Positions 10,945 to 24,470 of a stretch of DNA of 64,000 nt are shown one piece after another. Origin of the DNA: Rhynchobatus australiae (Eukaryota); NCBI GenBank assembly GCA_034780895.1, contig JAUZTB010000107.1:77362169-77426168 (forward strand), in the 5' to 3' direction. The position numbers and the translations under genes are program-made. The notes beneath the pieces are model-generated. The model searched no databases. It was not told the DNA's origin and saw only the letters and a list, made by a program, of their open reading frames with translations. The number at the start of each line of letters is the position of its first letter. Position 1 is the first letter of the stretch.

Positions 10945-13407
10945 CTAGAAGGAAAATAAAATATTATTAGCTTCTTCATCACAAATTTCCACCAGATGCT
11001 TCCAGTTACAAACACAAAATGTGAAGACAGTATATTAATGCTAAATACAACTTATCTTATTACTGAGGTAATGTTAAGAATAACTACTAAAGGTTTATGG
11101 TTTTATTTTTAAATTTGTGATTTACATGCTGCATAATAAAATTTTTTTTATAATTTTGTTTATGCAAGTCTAGGATATTGTATCTTTAAAGTGCAAATGA
11201 GCAAGAGTTTAATTTGCTCATTTAGTCATATAACATAGCCGTGAACCATTCATCCACTGCAATGAACTGTGATGAAACAAAAATAGCTNNNNNNNNNNNN
11301 NNNNNNNNNNNNNNNNNNNNNNNNNNNNNNNNNNNNNNNNNNNNNNNNNNNNNNNNNNNNNNNNNNNNNNNNNAAGTCTTCATGAACAGCCTGAAAAATG
11401 TGAAAACATTGCAAAACTTCTCTAAAGGAAAGATACTTAATAGTCAATCGTAAAAACATTGCCTAAAATTTGTATCTACACCTAGTTTATTTAATGTTAC
11501 ATTCACTAGCTTAATGTGGTTTTAAAAAGGATCAAATGAGAATATTAAAGTGAAGATTTCTGTTAAAAATGAAACTTTATTGTGGATTCAGTAGAAACAA
11601 AGTATGGAATAGGAAATTAATAAACTTGAACTCAATAGGGATTGATTTCCCCAAATTTTAATTGAATATAACATTTAGTATAGTCTAATTACAGAAATCA
11701 GAATGAACTCCTTCCCAAATCATAATTAAAGAAACAATAATGGAAAGAGAGTCACACAGAGACTGTAGATGCTGGAATCAGAAGCAAAAAACAAACTGCT
11801 GGAGGAACTCAGTGGATGAAGCAAAGTCTGCGGAGGCAAAGAATGCATGAAGCACACAAAATAAACACCCAACTTATCTGAAACTTTAGAATAAACCTCT
11901 CACATATGTATGTAGACAGGGGTTTTTAATGGAATGTGGCCTAAATCTGGACCAGATATTTAGACTGTTTCAGGTTAAACCAAGTCAAAGCTGTAATATT
12001 CCTCTGGCACCACATCAGTCAGAATTCAAATTCTAATAGCATGCTGCAGTTTGAAGAAAATGCCCTTTGTACTATCGTCATTTAATAATTAAACTAAAGA
12101 TAGTTCTTCAAAGAGCAATGTAAAAAAAAACACATGCTAGAAATCTGAAATGAAGATAGAAAATACTAGTGACACTCTGCAGGTCAAACAGCATCTCTGG
12201 AGTGAGAAACGATTAATGTTTCAGGTCCTACTGCCTAAGTTGCTGAATATCTTCAGTGCTTTGTTTTCATTATATTTCTTTCCAGAATGGAATTTCAAGG
12301 TGTACCAATTAATTTTAGCAACCTTTAGTGGAGCAAACAGGTTAAAGTTATACCATTCATAGACATAAAGCCTGCCTCATTAAAATAAAAATCAGACAAC
12401 TTATGCCTCCAAGAAAATTACAAGTCAGTAGGGGCAGCAGTGTAAATACTCAAGTTGTTTCTTTTTTATATTACAATTTCAATATGGAGATTCTAATTAT
12501 TGGGATATTTGGAAATTGCACTGATAAAAGTACAACAAATGTAAATAATGAGCTTGCACCAATTTCACATTTCATGTCAGGCTTTAATTGCACTATAATC
12601 AATCTCCACTTCAAAAAAAAAGTAGTTAACACAGGGGTGTAGCTTGTTTCAATGCTCATGTACAACACCATTGAGGGTTGATTCGTTCTCTCTGTTAAGA
12701 AAACAAGTCTCTCCATCTGCTTTGTGGAAAATAGACACAAAATGGATGTCAGACACCTGTCCCAAGAGAGGAAATGAAAAAAAAGACAGACATATTTTCA
12801 CTTGGCTGCTCTGAGCAGGAAAGAAAAAGTGGCTTGGACGGAGACACAGAAAAACAAGTCACCTACCTGCTTATCAGCAGGGGTGTGCAGTCTTGCAGAA
12901 CATTTTCATGGGAAATGAGAATGTTCAGATTGTAATGCACTCACAAGAATAACGGAAAATTAATGTTCTTTTGGTGTTAAATGTCTGTTTTTACTACATT
13001 TTTGCTGATATTTGAAGCCTGGTGTTTCAACATAAATGTGGAAGACTTGAAAACAGTTGGAACAGTTGAGATTAAATAGTTTTCACCCATATTGACAAAA
13101 TTACTGAAACATTTGCAGTCATTATTTAACTGGGATATTCAATCAATTCCATCATGAGATTATACTTGTTAGCATTTGCTGGATTAGTTTGCTTAAATAC
13201 TCATAATTCAAAGCAAATATAAAAATGGAAATTAATTAAGGTTCATTTTTAAAAAGCAAATAGCTAAAGTATTTTAAAAAAAATGAAAAAGTAAAACTAA
13301 GTTGCATGTATAGTAAATATGNNNNNNNNNNNNNNNNNNNNNNNNNNNNNNNNNNNNNNNNNNNNNNNNNNNNNNNNNNNNNNNNNNNNNNNNNNNNNNN
13401 NNNNNNN

Positions 13408-13473
13408 TAAAACAGAAACCACATGGACAATGACTGGTCAACCTTGCCATTCTTATAAGCCACGTACATTTGA
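13408..13473 (-). CDS. SLC66A1L: SLC66A1L coding exon (5' part; 3' end lost in gap 13322-13407)
   Basis: Acceptor TTTTTAG, phase 2 completes Pro, then QMYVAYKNGKVDQSLSMWFLF. Matches PQLC2 QFIKAYKTGNMDQALSLWFL and completes PQ motif 1. Confidence 0.88.
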
Positions 13474-13954
13474 CTAAAAAGAAATCACACTGGATTAATA
13501 TAATATTTGCGTCATTCAAAAAAATTAATACAAAACCTCTTCACTTGTTAGCAATAAGCCAGAAAGAGACTCCAAGATTATTATTTTTTTAAATAAGTTG
13601 TGCAATATCATTTCAATGAAGAATGGTTCAGATTTTTTATAACAGAAGTTTACATAAACTAACAATTCTCTATTCCTAAATTATTGTATATTTTCTCAAT
13701 TCTGATCAGTTTTGAATTCCAGTTCCAGTCCTAACCTTGAAAGCAGTGATTAGTAGTCAGAATGTGTAGTGCAATTTTTTGTGATTCTATGATTAAAAAA
13801 AGAGAAGATGAGTATCACAATATCCTTGGAATGTTTTAATGACACATTCAAGCAACATTTATTGGAGTTGGTAGATTTTTCTCTACCTTGATTTTTCTTT
13901 TTCTGATGGAATTTGTAAAGTGTAAACCAATAAACATCTGCTGGTATTGGAGAA

Positions 13955-14132
13955 AGAAGAGACTGCAGATTCTGGAATCTGAAGCAAAAAACAAACTGCT
14001 GGAGGAACTCAGCAGGTCAGTCAGCAACTGTGGAACCAGAGGGTGGTCGATGTTTTGGGTCGGGCATTCATCGACTATCCCTCTGCCTCCACAGATGCTA
14101 CTTGATCTACTGAGTTCCTTTAGCAGTTTGTT
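13955..14132. repeat. Long imperfect inverted repeat formed from two head-to-head pLTR fragments
   Basis: Arm AACAAACTGCTGGAGGAACTCAG...GAGGGTGGTCGATG pairs with CATCGACTATCCCTC...CTGAGTTCCTTTAGCAGTTTGTT around a short loop. Confidence 0.75.
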
Positions 14133-14359
14133 ACTGACAGATGTTTCTTACTTCCTCAAAGAAATGCCTTTTGAAACTTAAATCATCTAAATACAAGGGT
14201 GAAATTATTTTTCATGCTCTATTGTAGGCAAAAAAAAACAAAAGGCAAATTAATAAAGGGCCAATGAAGAATGAAAGCATAAAATCACTGTTAACAACAA
14301 ATAAATGACAAGAATAAAAATGAAGCACATGTTCAAATTTTAACTAAAGAAAATAATGA

Positions 14360-15480
14360 AATATCCATTATTAGAGGATGATGTTAAAAGGTTTAATTCA
14401 GTGAGGATCATTTCAGAAGAGTTAAGTCATCTTTACCTACTCTCATAGAATTCTTTGAAGTAGTAACAGACAATATAAATAAGTGTAACGATGTACATAT
14501 TATATGCTTCAGTTTTATAAAAAGTTCTTAGTAAACACACCACGCAATACACTGATGACAAAGCTTAGAACCTGCGGAGTCAGGAAAGTGAAAGGGTGAA
14601 CAGACAGTAAAAGAACAGAGAGTTGGGGTAAAATGAATTATTCAGATTGGGGAAGGCCAAAAATGATGTTCAAGGTTCACTGCTGGGATCATTGCCTTTT
14701 AAAATTATTTTCCAAGTTTGCTGATGACACAAAACTAAGTGGGAATTTGAGGTAAGCAATGAANNNNNNNNNNNNNNNNNNNNNNNNNNNNNNNNNTGAG
14801 CAAAAATGTGGCAAATAGAGTTTAATGTGGGAAAGTGTGAGGCTATGCACTTTGGTAAGAGGAATCTAAAACCAAACTATTATCTACATGGAAAGAGATT
14901 TCAAGTGTGTGAAGTACAGTGAAAGTTGTGTGTTTTTGGGCATGAATCACAAAGTCAGCAGGCAGATACAGCCAGTCATTAGGAAGACAAATGGCCTTTG
15001 TTGCAAGGAGGTTTGAGTTCAGAAACAGAAAAGTATTGATACAATTGGACCAGGTGATGGTGAGGTTGCATCTGGAGTACTGTGCAGAGATTTGGTCCCC
15101 TTATTTAAGAAAGGATATACTAGCATTCAAGGTAATCTAAAAAAGATTCACTGGGATGAGAGAGCAAACTAAGTGTCTAGAGAAGTTGGTTCTGGAATTT
15201 AGAAGAATGAGGGGTGATCTTATTGAAGGATAGAACTTTTAAGGGGGCTTGATAAGGTAGATAATGAGATGTTTTCGCAAGTGGTAGAGTCTCAAACAAA
15301 ACAACATAGTTACAAGGTAATGAGGCAATCACTGAAGACTTAAGTGCATAGAATTTCTTCTCACAGGGAGTAATGAATCTCTGGAATTCTCTACCCCAGG
15401 GGGTTGTGAGGGCTACATCATTGGAAGTAATTAAAGAGGAAGTAAATAAGTTATTGATAGATTGGGGAACTTAGCACTTC
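14360..15480 (+). mobile_element. CR1 LINE fragment, degenerate
   Basis: SKFADDTKL (TCCAAGTTTGCTGATGACACAAAACTA), FNVGKCE.MHFG, LEYCA..WSP, RMRGDLIE, VMNLWNSLP. Confidence 0.85.
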
Positions 15481-16824
15481 TAAATAAACTGAAGCTCATC
15501 TCAATACCTTTATAACTAATGAGATACCTTTAAAATTGTAATATGGGAAATGCGGCAGCCCCTGCTCAGAAATAGCATAATGATAATGACCTATACTAAA
15601 TGGCAGGGTTGCACAAAACCATGTTCTAATACTTGAAGTCAAGAGTGAATATTGTAGAAAATTGAACTAGCTAAAAAATACAAATTTTGACCTTTAAACT
15701 TTTATAAAATTTGGTTTTAAAAAAAACTTATTAAAATGGCCCAGAATTTGCAATCAACAGTAAAGTAGCTGCCACTCCTTCTCACTGATCTTGACGAAGG
15801 TACAGCAATCTCTGTGGTGACACTAACTGCTCCCTTCTATGCCTGCTGCTGTCAAAAAGCAGCTCAATGGACTAATTCCTGTCTGGCAGTAATGATGCCT
15901 CAGGCTGAGTGACAAGCCANNNNNNNNNNNNNNNNNNNNNNNNNNNNNNNNNNNNNNNNNNNNNNNNNNNNNNNNNNNNNNNNNNNNNNNNNNNNNNNNN
16001 NNNNNNNNNNNNNNNNNNNGAGTGACAAGCCAATCATACAAAAGAATTCTCACGGAAAAGGAACACACTTTTAATTAACTTCTTAATAATATGCAGAGTG
16101 CTGAACAGTGTTTATAACAGGGACATAAGATTAAAGCAGAAATGAAATATCATAAACTAACATTTAAAATTTTTATTGTAAACCTTATATATTGAAATTA
16201 CAATAGAAATAGATAAAAGGATTTTAGTGCCAGATAATTTACGATACAATAATTCTAGCTTAGCAAGCTATCAAAACTTTATAGGGTCCTCATGTAACCA
16301 AGGTAAGATTTTCAGGGTATATTGGAGTGGGATATTTGAAATAACTTAAATTTTGGGCAAATGATTTCAGCGACCGTGGTGAAGATTGCAATTAATACAG
16401 CCAATTGGTCTACACTAGATCATCTTTGTGCGTTAAACTAGATGCAAAGACTTAGAAACTGCTGTCAGTTTCATGAAGTAATAAACACAAAATGGGGACA
16501 GGGAGGTAATGACCCAATTCCCATGCAGTCTTTATTCAACATTTTTTCTGGTGGCATATGTGTCAGTATGTGAAACAAACTAAGCAAAATACAGATATGC
16601 AATGATCTTGTAGGTGAGCTCTATACTAAATACTATATTTATTGGATGGATGGATCCTGTCAGTGGCAAGATCCCTTGGTAGGATAAGTGTTCTGATGTC
16701 AGCATCCTCTCTCAGACCAATGTCCCCGGCATCGAGGCCCTAATTACACCTAACCAGCTCTGATGGGCACACCACATTGTTTGCTCATCCAGCACCTGAG
16801 TCCCAAAAGCACCAGTGTTCTGCG

Positions 16825-17420
16825 GAGACACAAGAGACTACAGATGCTGGAATCTGGGAGTTTCTTCCCCCTAGTCCGCCTACTCCATCTACCCATCACA
16901 CTCACACACACTGCTTCCACTGGGGTCCCTCCCCCTACTGTTCCCATCTGCTCACCCCACCTCCCTTATTTGGTTCCATGCTCCAGCTTCATTTCCTCTC
17001 ATATTCCATCATCTGCAGCTCTTTACTGCCTCCACCTATTACCTCCCAGCCTCTGTCACTATTTCCAACCTTCCCCCCCCGCCCCCCTCTACCTACCAAT
17101 CAACCCCTCTTCAACTGGATCCACCTATCGCTTGCCAGCTCTTGCTTCAGCCCTCCCCCTTTTACAATNNNNNNNNNNNNNNNNNNNNNNNNNNNNNNNN
17201 NNNNNNNNNNNNNNNNNNNNNNNNNNNNNNNNNNNNNNNNNNNNNNNNNNNNNNNNNNNNNNNNNNNNTGCTTCAGCCCTCCCCCTTTTACAATGGCCAT
17301 CTCCCCTCTACTCTTTCAGCCAAGATGAAGGGTCTCAACCCGTAACGTTGACTGTCTGTTTCTCTCCATGGATGCTAGCTGACTCACTGAGTTGCTCCAG
17401 CGGTTTGTTTTTTGCTCTGT
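16825..17420 (+). mobile_element. Penelope-like pLTR copy with short inverted end piece and degenerate hammerhead
   Basis: Pyrimidine-rich pLTR sequence; CAGCC-AAGATGA-AGGGTCTCAACCC-GTAA-CGTT-GACTG at 17317-17354; begins with the inverted GAGACTACAGATGCTGGAATCT motif. Confidence 0.65.
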
Positions 17421-18379
17421 GTTCTGAGCTCTGTCTCAGCAAGAGATGGCAGGTGGACAGAGGAAGAGATTCGCCTCCTTGAAAAGTGTTTCATCCCCAC
17501 CACATCATGGGAGTCCCTGGCCCACGGCAGTTCAAAACAGTGAAGTAGCTTTTGGGATGGTATTGACAATCTCGAGCTCATTTCTTGGATGCATAGAAGC
17601 CAAGAGTAAATAGCAGGTGGTGTTCACCACCTCTAAAACTACCCACCTGACCAATAGACACCTGCTGCCCACCTGTGGCAGAGTCTGTAGGTCCCACATT
17701 GGCTTCCAAACCATTGCAAGCCACTGCGCTGGAGTGGAAGCAAGTCATCCTCAATCCCAAAGGACTACTTAAGTAAAGACATTCAATGTGCCCTAAAAGA
17801 TGCCTTTCATATTATTATTTTTTATTACATTTGAGATATCTGAAGCACAAATTTCCTGGAGTCATAGAGGAGACTTCCCTCTCCCTCTTTGCTCTCTCTT
17901 CACTTTTACCCCTTCCTCTCCTGACAGCCAAAATCATGCGACAATCCCACCACACACACAGCATGGTGACCTCATACCTCGTCCATGTGACTGTTGTTCA
18001 TGTGTCAGCCCACTCAGTGAAACCATCACTTAAACCAATGTTCGCAATCAAGCCTAACTGCATACTCAAAGTGCACAAGCTGGGGGAACTGGAATCCTGT
18101 TCTAATTGGGAGATAGTGGTACCCCAGGCATTGTGACAGACTGGATAGACCAACTCAGAAAAGATCCTCCCTAACTGTATGATTCAATGTCATATTTACC
18201 CACTGAGTGAAGATGAGAGGAAAACACCACATCAATAGCCACCTATTACCCCATAGAATCAGTTTATGACAAAAGTTCACAGACTTAGGTGACCCATTTC
18301 TCCCTTTACAGATGCTACCTGACTTGATGAATGTTTAAAACTTTTGTTTGCGATTTATATTACCGTGGTGCTTCAACTT

Positions 18380-20616
18380 GACAGTCCTGGCGAGTTCCTA
18401 TGCACTCAGCCTGGAATATCTAACGGTGGAATGTCGCCCAGAATACCTGCCACGGGAGTTCACTCCAGCTATCCTGATGGCAGTCTACATCCCACCCCAG
18501 ACAGACATGAAGCCAAACAATACTTTGTGGTCAACGGCCTTGAAACAGGATACCGAGGCCCTCTTCATCATTGCACGTGACTGGCCCTCTTCATCCAGGC
18601 CAACTTCAAGAGTGTTACCAAATTACTACCAGTACGTCTCCTATCCCACCAGGGGCCACAAACACCCTTGACCTTTGCTATACAACCATCAAAGATGCTT
18701 TCCGAGCCACCCCTCCACCGCCCTCACTTTGGGAAATCAGACCACCAGGCTGTGTTCCTTCTCCCTTCATACTAACAGAAGCTGAAACCAGAGGATCCAG
18801 TACAGAAAGTCATACAGTGCTGGTCTGAGGAAATAGATGAGCTTCTACGTGACTGCTTTGAGTCAGTAGACTGGTCCCTGTTCAAAGACTCGGCTGCCAG
18901 CCTAGATGAGTATGTAAGCACCATCACAGACTGTATCAGCAAGTGTGTTGAGGACANNNNNNNNNNNNNNNNNNNNNNNNNNNNNNNNNNNNNNNNNNNN
19001 NNNNNNNNNNNNNNNNNNNNNNNNNNNNNNNNNNNNNNNNNNNNNNNNNNNNNNNNNNNNNNNNNNNNNNNNNNNNNNNNNNNNNNNNNNNNNNNNNNNN
19101 NNNNNNNNNNNNNNNNNNNNNNNNNNNNNNNNNNNNNNNNNNNNNNNNNNNNNNNNNNNNNNNNNNNNNNNNNNNNNNNNNNNNNNNNNNNNNNNNNNNN
19201 NNNNNNNNNNNNNNNNNNNNNNNNNNNNNNNNNNNNNNNNNNNNNNNNNNNNNNNNNNNNNNNNNNNNNNNNNNNNNNNNNNNNNNNNNNNNNNNNNNNN
19301 NNNNNNNNNNNNNNNNNNNNNNNNNNNNNNNNNNNNNNNNNNNNNNNNNNNNNNNNNNNNNNNNNNNNNNNNNNNNNNNNNNNNNNNNNNNNNNNNNNNN
19401 NNNNNNNNNNNNNNNNNNNNNNNNNNNNNNNNNNNNNNNNNNNNNNNNNNNNNNNNNNNNNNNNNNNNNNNNNNNNNNNNNNNNNNNNNNNNNNNNNNNN
19501 NNNNNNNNNNNNNNNNNNNNNNNNNNNNNNNNNNNNNNNNNNNNNNNNNNNNNNNNNNNNNNNNNNNNNNNNNNNNNNNNNNNNNNNNNNNNNNNNNNNN
19601 NNNNNNNNNNNNNNNNNNNNNNNNTCCTAGAAAATATCAACCCACTACAATTCACCTACTGCTGAAACAGGTCTATGGTGGACACCATCTCCCTGGCCTT
19701 AAACTCACCTCTGGAGCATCTGGACAGCAAAGACACTTACTTTAGACTATTGTTTAACTACAGCTCTGGCTTCGATACTGTAATTCCAAGCAAATTTGTC
19801 ACCAAACTCCAAGACCTGAGACAACACCTCCTTTTCAACTGATGAGTTAGAGTACAGGAAGGAGATAGAGAGCTTAGTGACAACGTACCATGTCAACAAC
19901 CTTTCCCTCAATGTCAGCAAAACAGGAAGGGCGGCAGTGCACATACATCAACAGTGCTCAAGGCGAGAGGGTTGAGAGCTTCAAGTTCCTAGGAGTGAAC
20001 ATCACCAATAGCCTGTCCTGGTCCAACCACGTTGACGCCATGGCCAAGAAAGCTCACCCCAGCACCTCTACTTCCTCAGGAGGCCAAAGAAATTTGGCAC
20101 GTCCTCTTTGACACTCACGAACTTTTATCGATGCACCAAAGAAAGCATCCTATCTGGATGGATCACAGCTTGGTATGGCAACTGCTGTGCCTGTGACCGC
20201 AAGAAACAGCAGAGAGTCGTGGATGCAGCTCAGCACATTACGGAAACCAGCCTCCCCTACATGGACTCTCCCTAGGCTTCTCGCTGTCTTGGGAAAGTAG
20301 CCAGCATAATCAAAGACACCACCCATCCAGGATATTCTCTCTTCTCCCCTCAGGCAGAGGATATGAAAGCTTGCAAGCACATACCACGAGGCTTCCCTCA
20401 TGAATGGGCAGCTTCCATCCCGCTGATATGACTATTGAACGGTTCCCTAGTATGATAAAATGGACTCTTGACCTCACAATCTACCCCGTTATGACCTTGC
20501 ACGTTATTGTCTACCTGCACTACACTTTCTCTGTAGCTACGACACTTTATTCTGCATTCTGTTATTGTTTTACCTTGTACTACCTCAATGCACTGTGTAA
20601 TGAATTGATCTGTATG
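18380..20616 (+). mobile_element. Rex1/Babar-clade LINE, degenerate, with internal gap
   Basis: Endonuclease motifs ILMAVYIPP, LFIIA, TLDLCYT, GKSDH; RT C-terminus ERVESFKFLGVNITNSLSWSNH; characteristic 3'UTR; many frameshifts. Confidence 0.8.
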
Positions 20617-21527
20617 NNNNNNNNNNNNNNNNNNNNNNNNNNNNNNNNNNNNNNNNNNNNNNNNNNNNNNNNNNNNNNNNNNNNNNNNNNNNNNNNNNNN
20701 NNNNNNNNNNNNNNNNNNNNNNNNNNNNNNNNNNNNNNNNNNNNNNNNNNNNNNNNNNNNNNNNNNNNNNNNNNNNNNNNNNNNNNNNNNNNNNNNNNNN
20801 NNNNNNNNNNNNNNNNNNNNNNNNNNNNNNNNNNNNNNNNNNNNNNNNNNNNNNNNNNNNNNNNNNNNNNNNNNNNNNNNNNNNNNNNNNNNNNNNNNNN
20901 NNNNNNNNNNNNNNNNNNNNNNNNNNNNNNNNNNNNNNNNNNNNNNNNNNNNNNNNNNNNNNNNNNNNNNNNNNGCTCCTCCCCCTCCCCTACCCCTTTA
21001 ATCTATGGATCACATCCATCTGTGAGCAAACACAGTATTTCACATTATATGGCCAGATGGATTCTCAGCTCAAAAGTCAAACTAAGACATTCATTATTTA
21101 CTTCCCATCTTCTGAATGACTAAAATCACCATGAGGTAATTAATTATCTGTGCATTCTTTAAATAATTACTCAAATTACATTTATATTTGAAAATGTAAT
21201 TTGCAGAATAACATTTGTATATTGAACTATAATTGTTATTCTGCAATTCAGAATTGTAAAAAGCACTAAGCTTTAGCAAAGCTACTTTAATGCTACTTGT
21301 CAATGTTTTGGGAGCTAGCTATTACTTTACACAAGAAAATAACATTACAGTAATAAACAGCTTTCCAGTAATAATTGTTTTGATCTCTATGGTCAAAGTA
21401 TACTGTATAATGAAATCACCATGCTCTTAGAATATGTTAAAAAACTGAATCATAAATTTAAAAATCTATAATGATTAATAAAATGTATTCACATTAAAAG
21501 TGGATGTATACTTTTGGGAAAACTTAC

Positions 21528-21835
21528 GGCAGAGAAGCAAAAAGAAAACAACATATCGAGGCAAGTCCTAGAATGGCACTCCNNNNNNNNNNNNNNNNNN
21601 NNNNNNNNNNNNNNNNNNNNNNNNNNNNNNNNNNNNNNNNNNNNNNNNNNNNNNNNNNNNNNNNNNNNNNNNNNNNNNNNNNTCCTAGAATGGCACTCCA
21701 GAATTCCCAGAGATCCTGTACACATTCGTCCAATACAGTGAATAGCCAGGTTTCATTTCCACATAAGAATCCATCCCTAGCCACAGTGAGATTGGGTTTG
21801 TGATGTCTCAATGTGAACTGTAGTAAAGCAGCCAT
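21528..21835 (-). CDS. SLC66A1L: SLC66A1-like (PQLC2L) PQ-loop transporter, first recognisable coding exon (N-terminus, TM1, start of first PQ motif); split by an artefactual 100-N gap
   Basis: After removing the gap and the 17-nt duplicated flank it translates as MAALLQFTLRHHKPNLTVARDGFLCGNETWLFTVLDECVQDLWEFWSAILGLASICCFLFASLP (191 nt), similar to the PQLC2 N-terminus (W..VLGECAQD.WD..S..LGL.SI.CF...P). Ends at phase-2 donor CC|GTAAGT. Likely acceptor TTTCCAG at 21887. Paralogue call rests on adjacency to VEPH1. Confidence 0.85.
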
Positions 21836-23474
21836 AGTACATATACACAGAGAAATTGGAGATAACTGAACTGCTGTACCCTGGATCTGGAAATTTAATA
21901 TTTCAAGTTAATGGAACTTGCTCCGGGAATTTGTTATTTATATTTAGTCATCAAGATGTTATCAACCAACAGTTCCTAGTGTACTTCCAATATGCGTCAC
22001 TCTGAAAAAGAAAGTCTTTGCATTAATTCAAGTTAAAATTTCACTCAGTCAAAATGTCTCAATGAAACATCATCATACATCAACAATGGAATGACTTGCT
22101 TCAAAGATATTAATTATTAAAAAGTCTGCTTAAAATTTCTTGCACAAAACATTAAAAAAAAAACATCCAACTAATCTATGTTGATATTTACCTTCCATTT
22201 CCAGTGGCATTGATCCTATATGCCACTTTTGACTTCATATCCTTTTACCTTCCATTCCTTCAACAATCTATCCAACCAGTTATTAAATGCTGCAATGGTA
22301 CTAGTTTCAAACACCAGGGAGACTACAGGGTGACACAATGTTCCTCGGGTCCCTTTCCTAAACTTACTTGATTTAACCTATTCTGACATCTGCCAGTTCA
22401 GGAGTTCTCCAAGATAAACTATAATTCCACCCACCCTATCCCATTCCTTCATTGTTTAGATGAGCCCACAATAACCTACCCTCTATCAGAAGGACCATCA
22501 TTCTTTTTATTTTGTTCATATCTCTTTACTCAGGATCATATTAAACGTAGAGAGGAGGGAACAACACAAAACAAGTAACCAGTTCCTTCTTCTGGCCACC
22601 AATGGGAGAATCCTGTTTGACAATGCCAATATTTTGACAGCACTGGCTCCAAGTGTGACAGCCATACCCTGTGCCCGAGCAAGGAAATGGTGAATGGTTA
22701 CTGCTAATGGGAACATTGCATCAGTCATAATCTAAGTTACATCTTATTCAGCTCAGTGGAACTGCTTCAGTTTAGTTTCACTCCAAATCACAGAATTTCC
22801 AGCAATGCCACATCTTCCTATTTGCCTCTCAAGCAGTTACAAATGAGGCCATGGTCCATCTCCTCTTCCTAATCTACACACTGCCCTCTGCAATATCATC
22901 TGTCATGACGGGGAGAGTCAAGGATGACCTGTGAAGCAATCTTCTTTAGCCAACATTCATAAACATCGTATAATTTCCACTAATTCCCTATAGTCTCAGT
23001 CTGAAATTATCAGTCATTTGATCTGCTAAAAGGAAGGTCTATAAACCGTTTCTTCCCCAAACATAGGCTGAAACACAATCTTCCACTCAGCAGAGCACTT
23101 TCCTGAGGCACCTCCANNNNNNNNNNNNNNNNNNNNNNNNNNNNNNNNNNNNNNNNNNNNNNNNNNNNNNNNNNNNNNNNNNNNNNNNNNNNNNNNNNNN
23201 CTTGTACCAGGTTAGGCCTGGCCTAAGTACAGTAGTCACATGACAATGAACAGGAGCAAGTTCAAGCAGAGACTTTTACTTGATTTATTAAGTTAAAATG
23301 TTTTTAATAGTGTGCATTTTAGTCTAATTGTTTTTATTAACTGTAATGTTTTAGCATTGTTATTTTACTTTAACAGTCCCAGTCATTTCAGATTTTTGTC
23401 AACATCAAACAATCAAAATGAGTGGCAAAACAGCACTGGTGCCTCCCAGCTTCATCTCTAGTGACCAGAGACCA

Positions 23475-23760
23475 ATCCAGACCTCTGGTGCTGCCTGTGT
23501 GGAGTCTGCATACTCTCAATGACCGGGGTGCTCCAGTTTCCTCTGATATCCCAATGATGATCTGGTCGGCTACTGTAAATTACCCCTTGGTGTAAGAAGT
23601 GGGAAAAAGTATCAAACTGGAGTTGATGGGCATTTCAGAGTGACTGTTCAAGGGCTCTGGGGAAAATAAAAGGAAACGAGAAATGAAATGGATGGAATGC
23701 GCTCTGCTGGACGCTAGCATGGACTCTCTGGGCAAAAGGGCCTTCGTCTGTGCCGTAATA
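23475..23760 (+). mobile_element. V-SINE fragment
   Basis: CTCTGGTGCTGCCTGTGTGGAGTCTGCA...GGTGCTCCAGTTTCCTC, tail GGGCAAAAGGGCCT. Confidence 0.55.
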
Positions 23761-24049
23761 ATTAAGTAGTCAACTCTGACATCTGGGGAGTGGGGCATCA
23801 TTGGCTGTCAAAACCATTCTGTCACACCTGGCAGCCACACCAAGGGAGATTCTCAACTGCACTGGAAGGACTGTGCTCAGTTGGAGGGATACATCATCTG
23901 GATGCACGTTAACAGATTTTATCAACAGATAATTAGCACAAACATTCTCCACATCCATTGTGTCTCCCTACAAAACAACTGATTCTCCCCATATTTATAG
24001 CCACCACGGGACACAAATAATCTGCAAGGAGCCCAGATGTCACATTGTA

Positions 24050-24470
24050 GAATCATAGAAAACTCACAACGTGTTAGGAAACCACTCAGCCTATCTTGCT
24101 TGCGAATGATCAAGAAACATCTGCCCAGTTAATCCCCCTGCCGGCATTAGGTTTGCAGCCCTGTAGGTCACAGCTCTTCAAGTGTACAACTGAGTACTTA
24201 AGAAAGTGAAGGTTTCCTCCTATGCCACTCCTGTGTGTTTCCAAATCTCAACACCCTCCGGGTGAAAAAAAATCCTCACCACCCCGCTAATCATTCTACC
24301 AATTAGTTTAAATCTATGCTCCTTCCTGATTTTTGACCTCTCTGTAAGGGAAGTACGTTCTTCCTATTTACCTGGTCTAGGTCCCCATAATTTTATATAT
24401 CTTAATTAAATCTCCCCTCAGCCTCTTTCATTTCAAAGAAAACAACCCTCTCCTATTCAAACTTTCCTCA
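24050..24470 (-). mobile_element. CR1 3' fragment
   Basis: Reverse complement gives AGGCTGAGGGGAGATTTAATT (RLRGDLI) and a CR1 3'UTR ending TTCTATGATTCTA. Confidence 0.65.

Noticed and set aside
10561-10959. 132-aa plus-strand ORF
   Set aside because: Antisense to a real SLC66A1L exon, non-ATG start, no recognisable homology.
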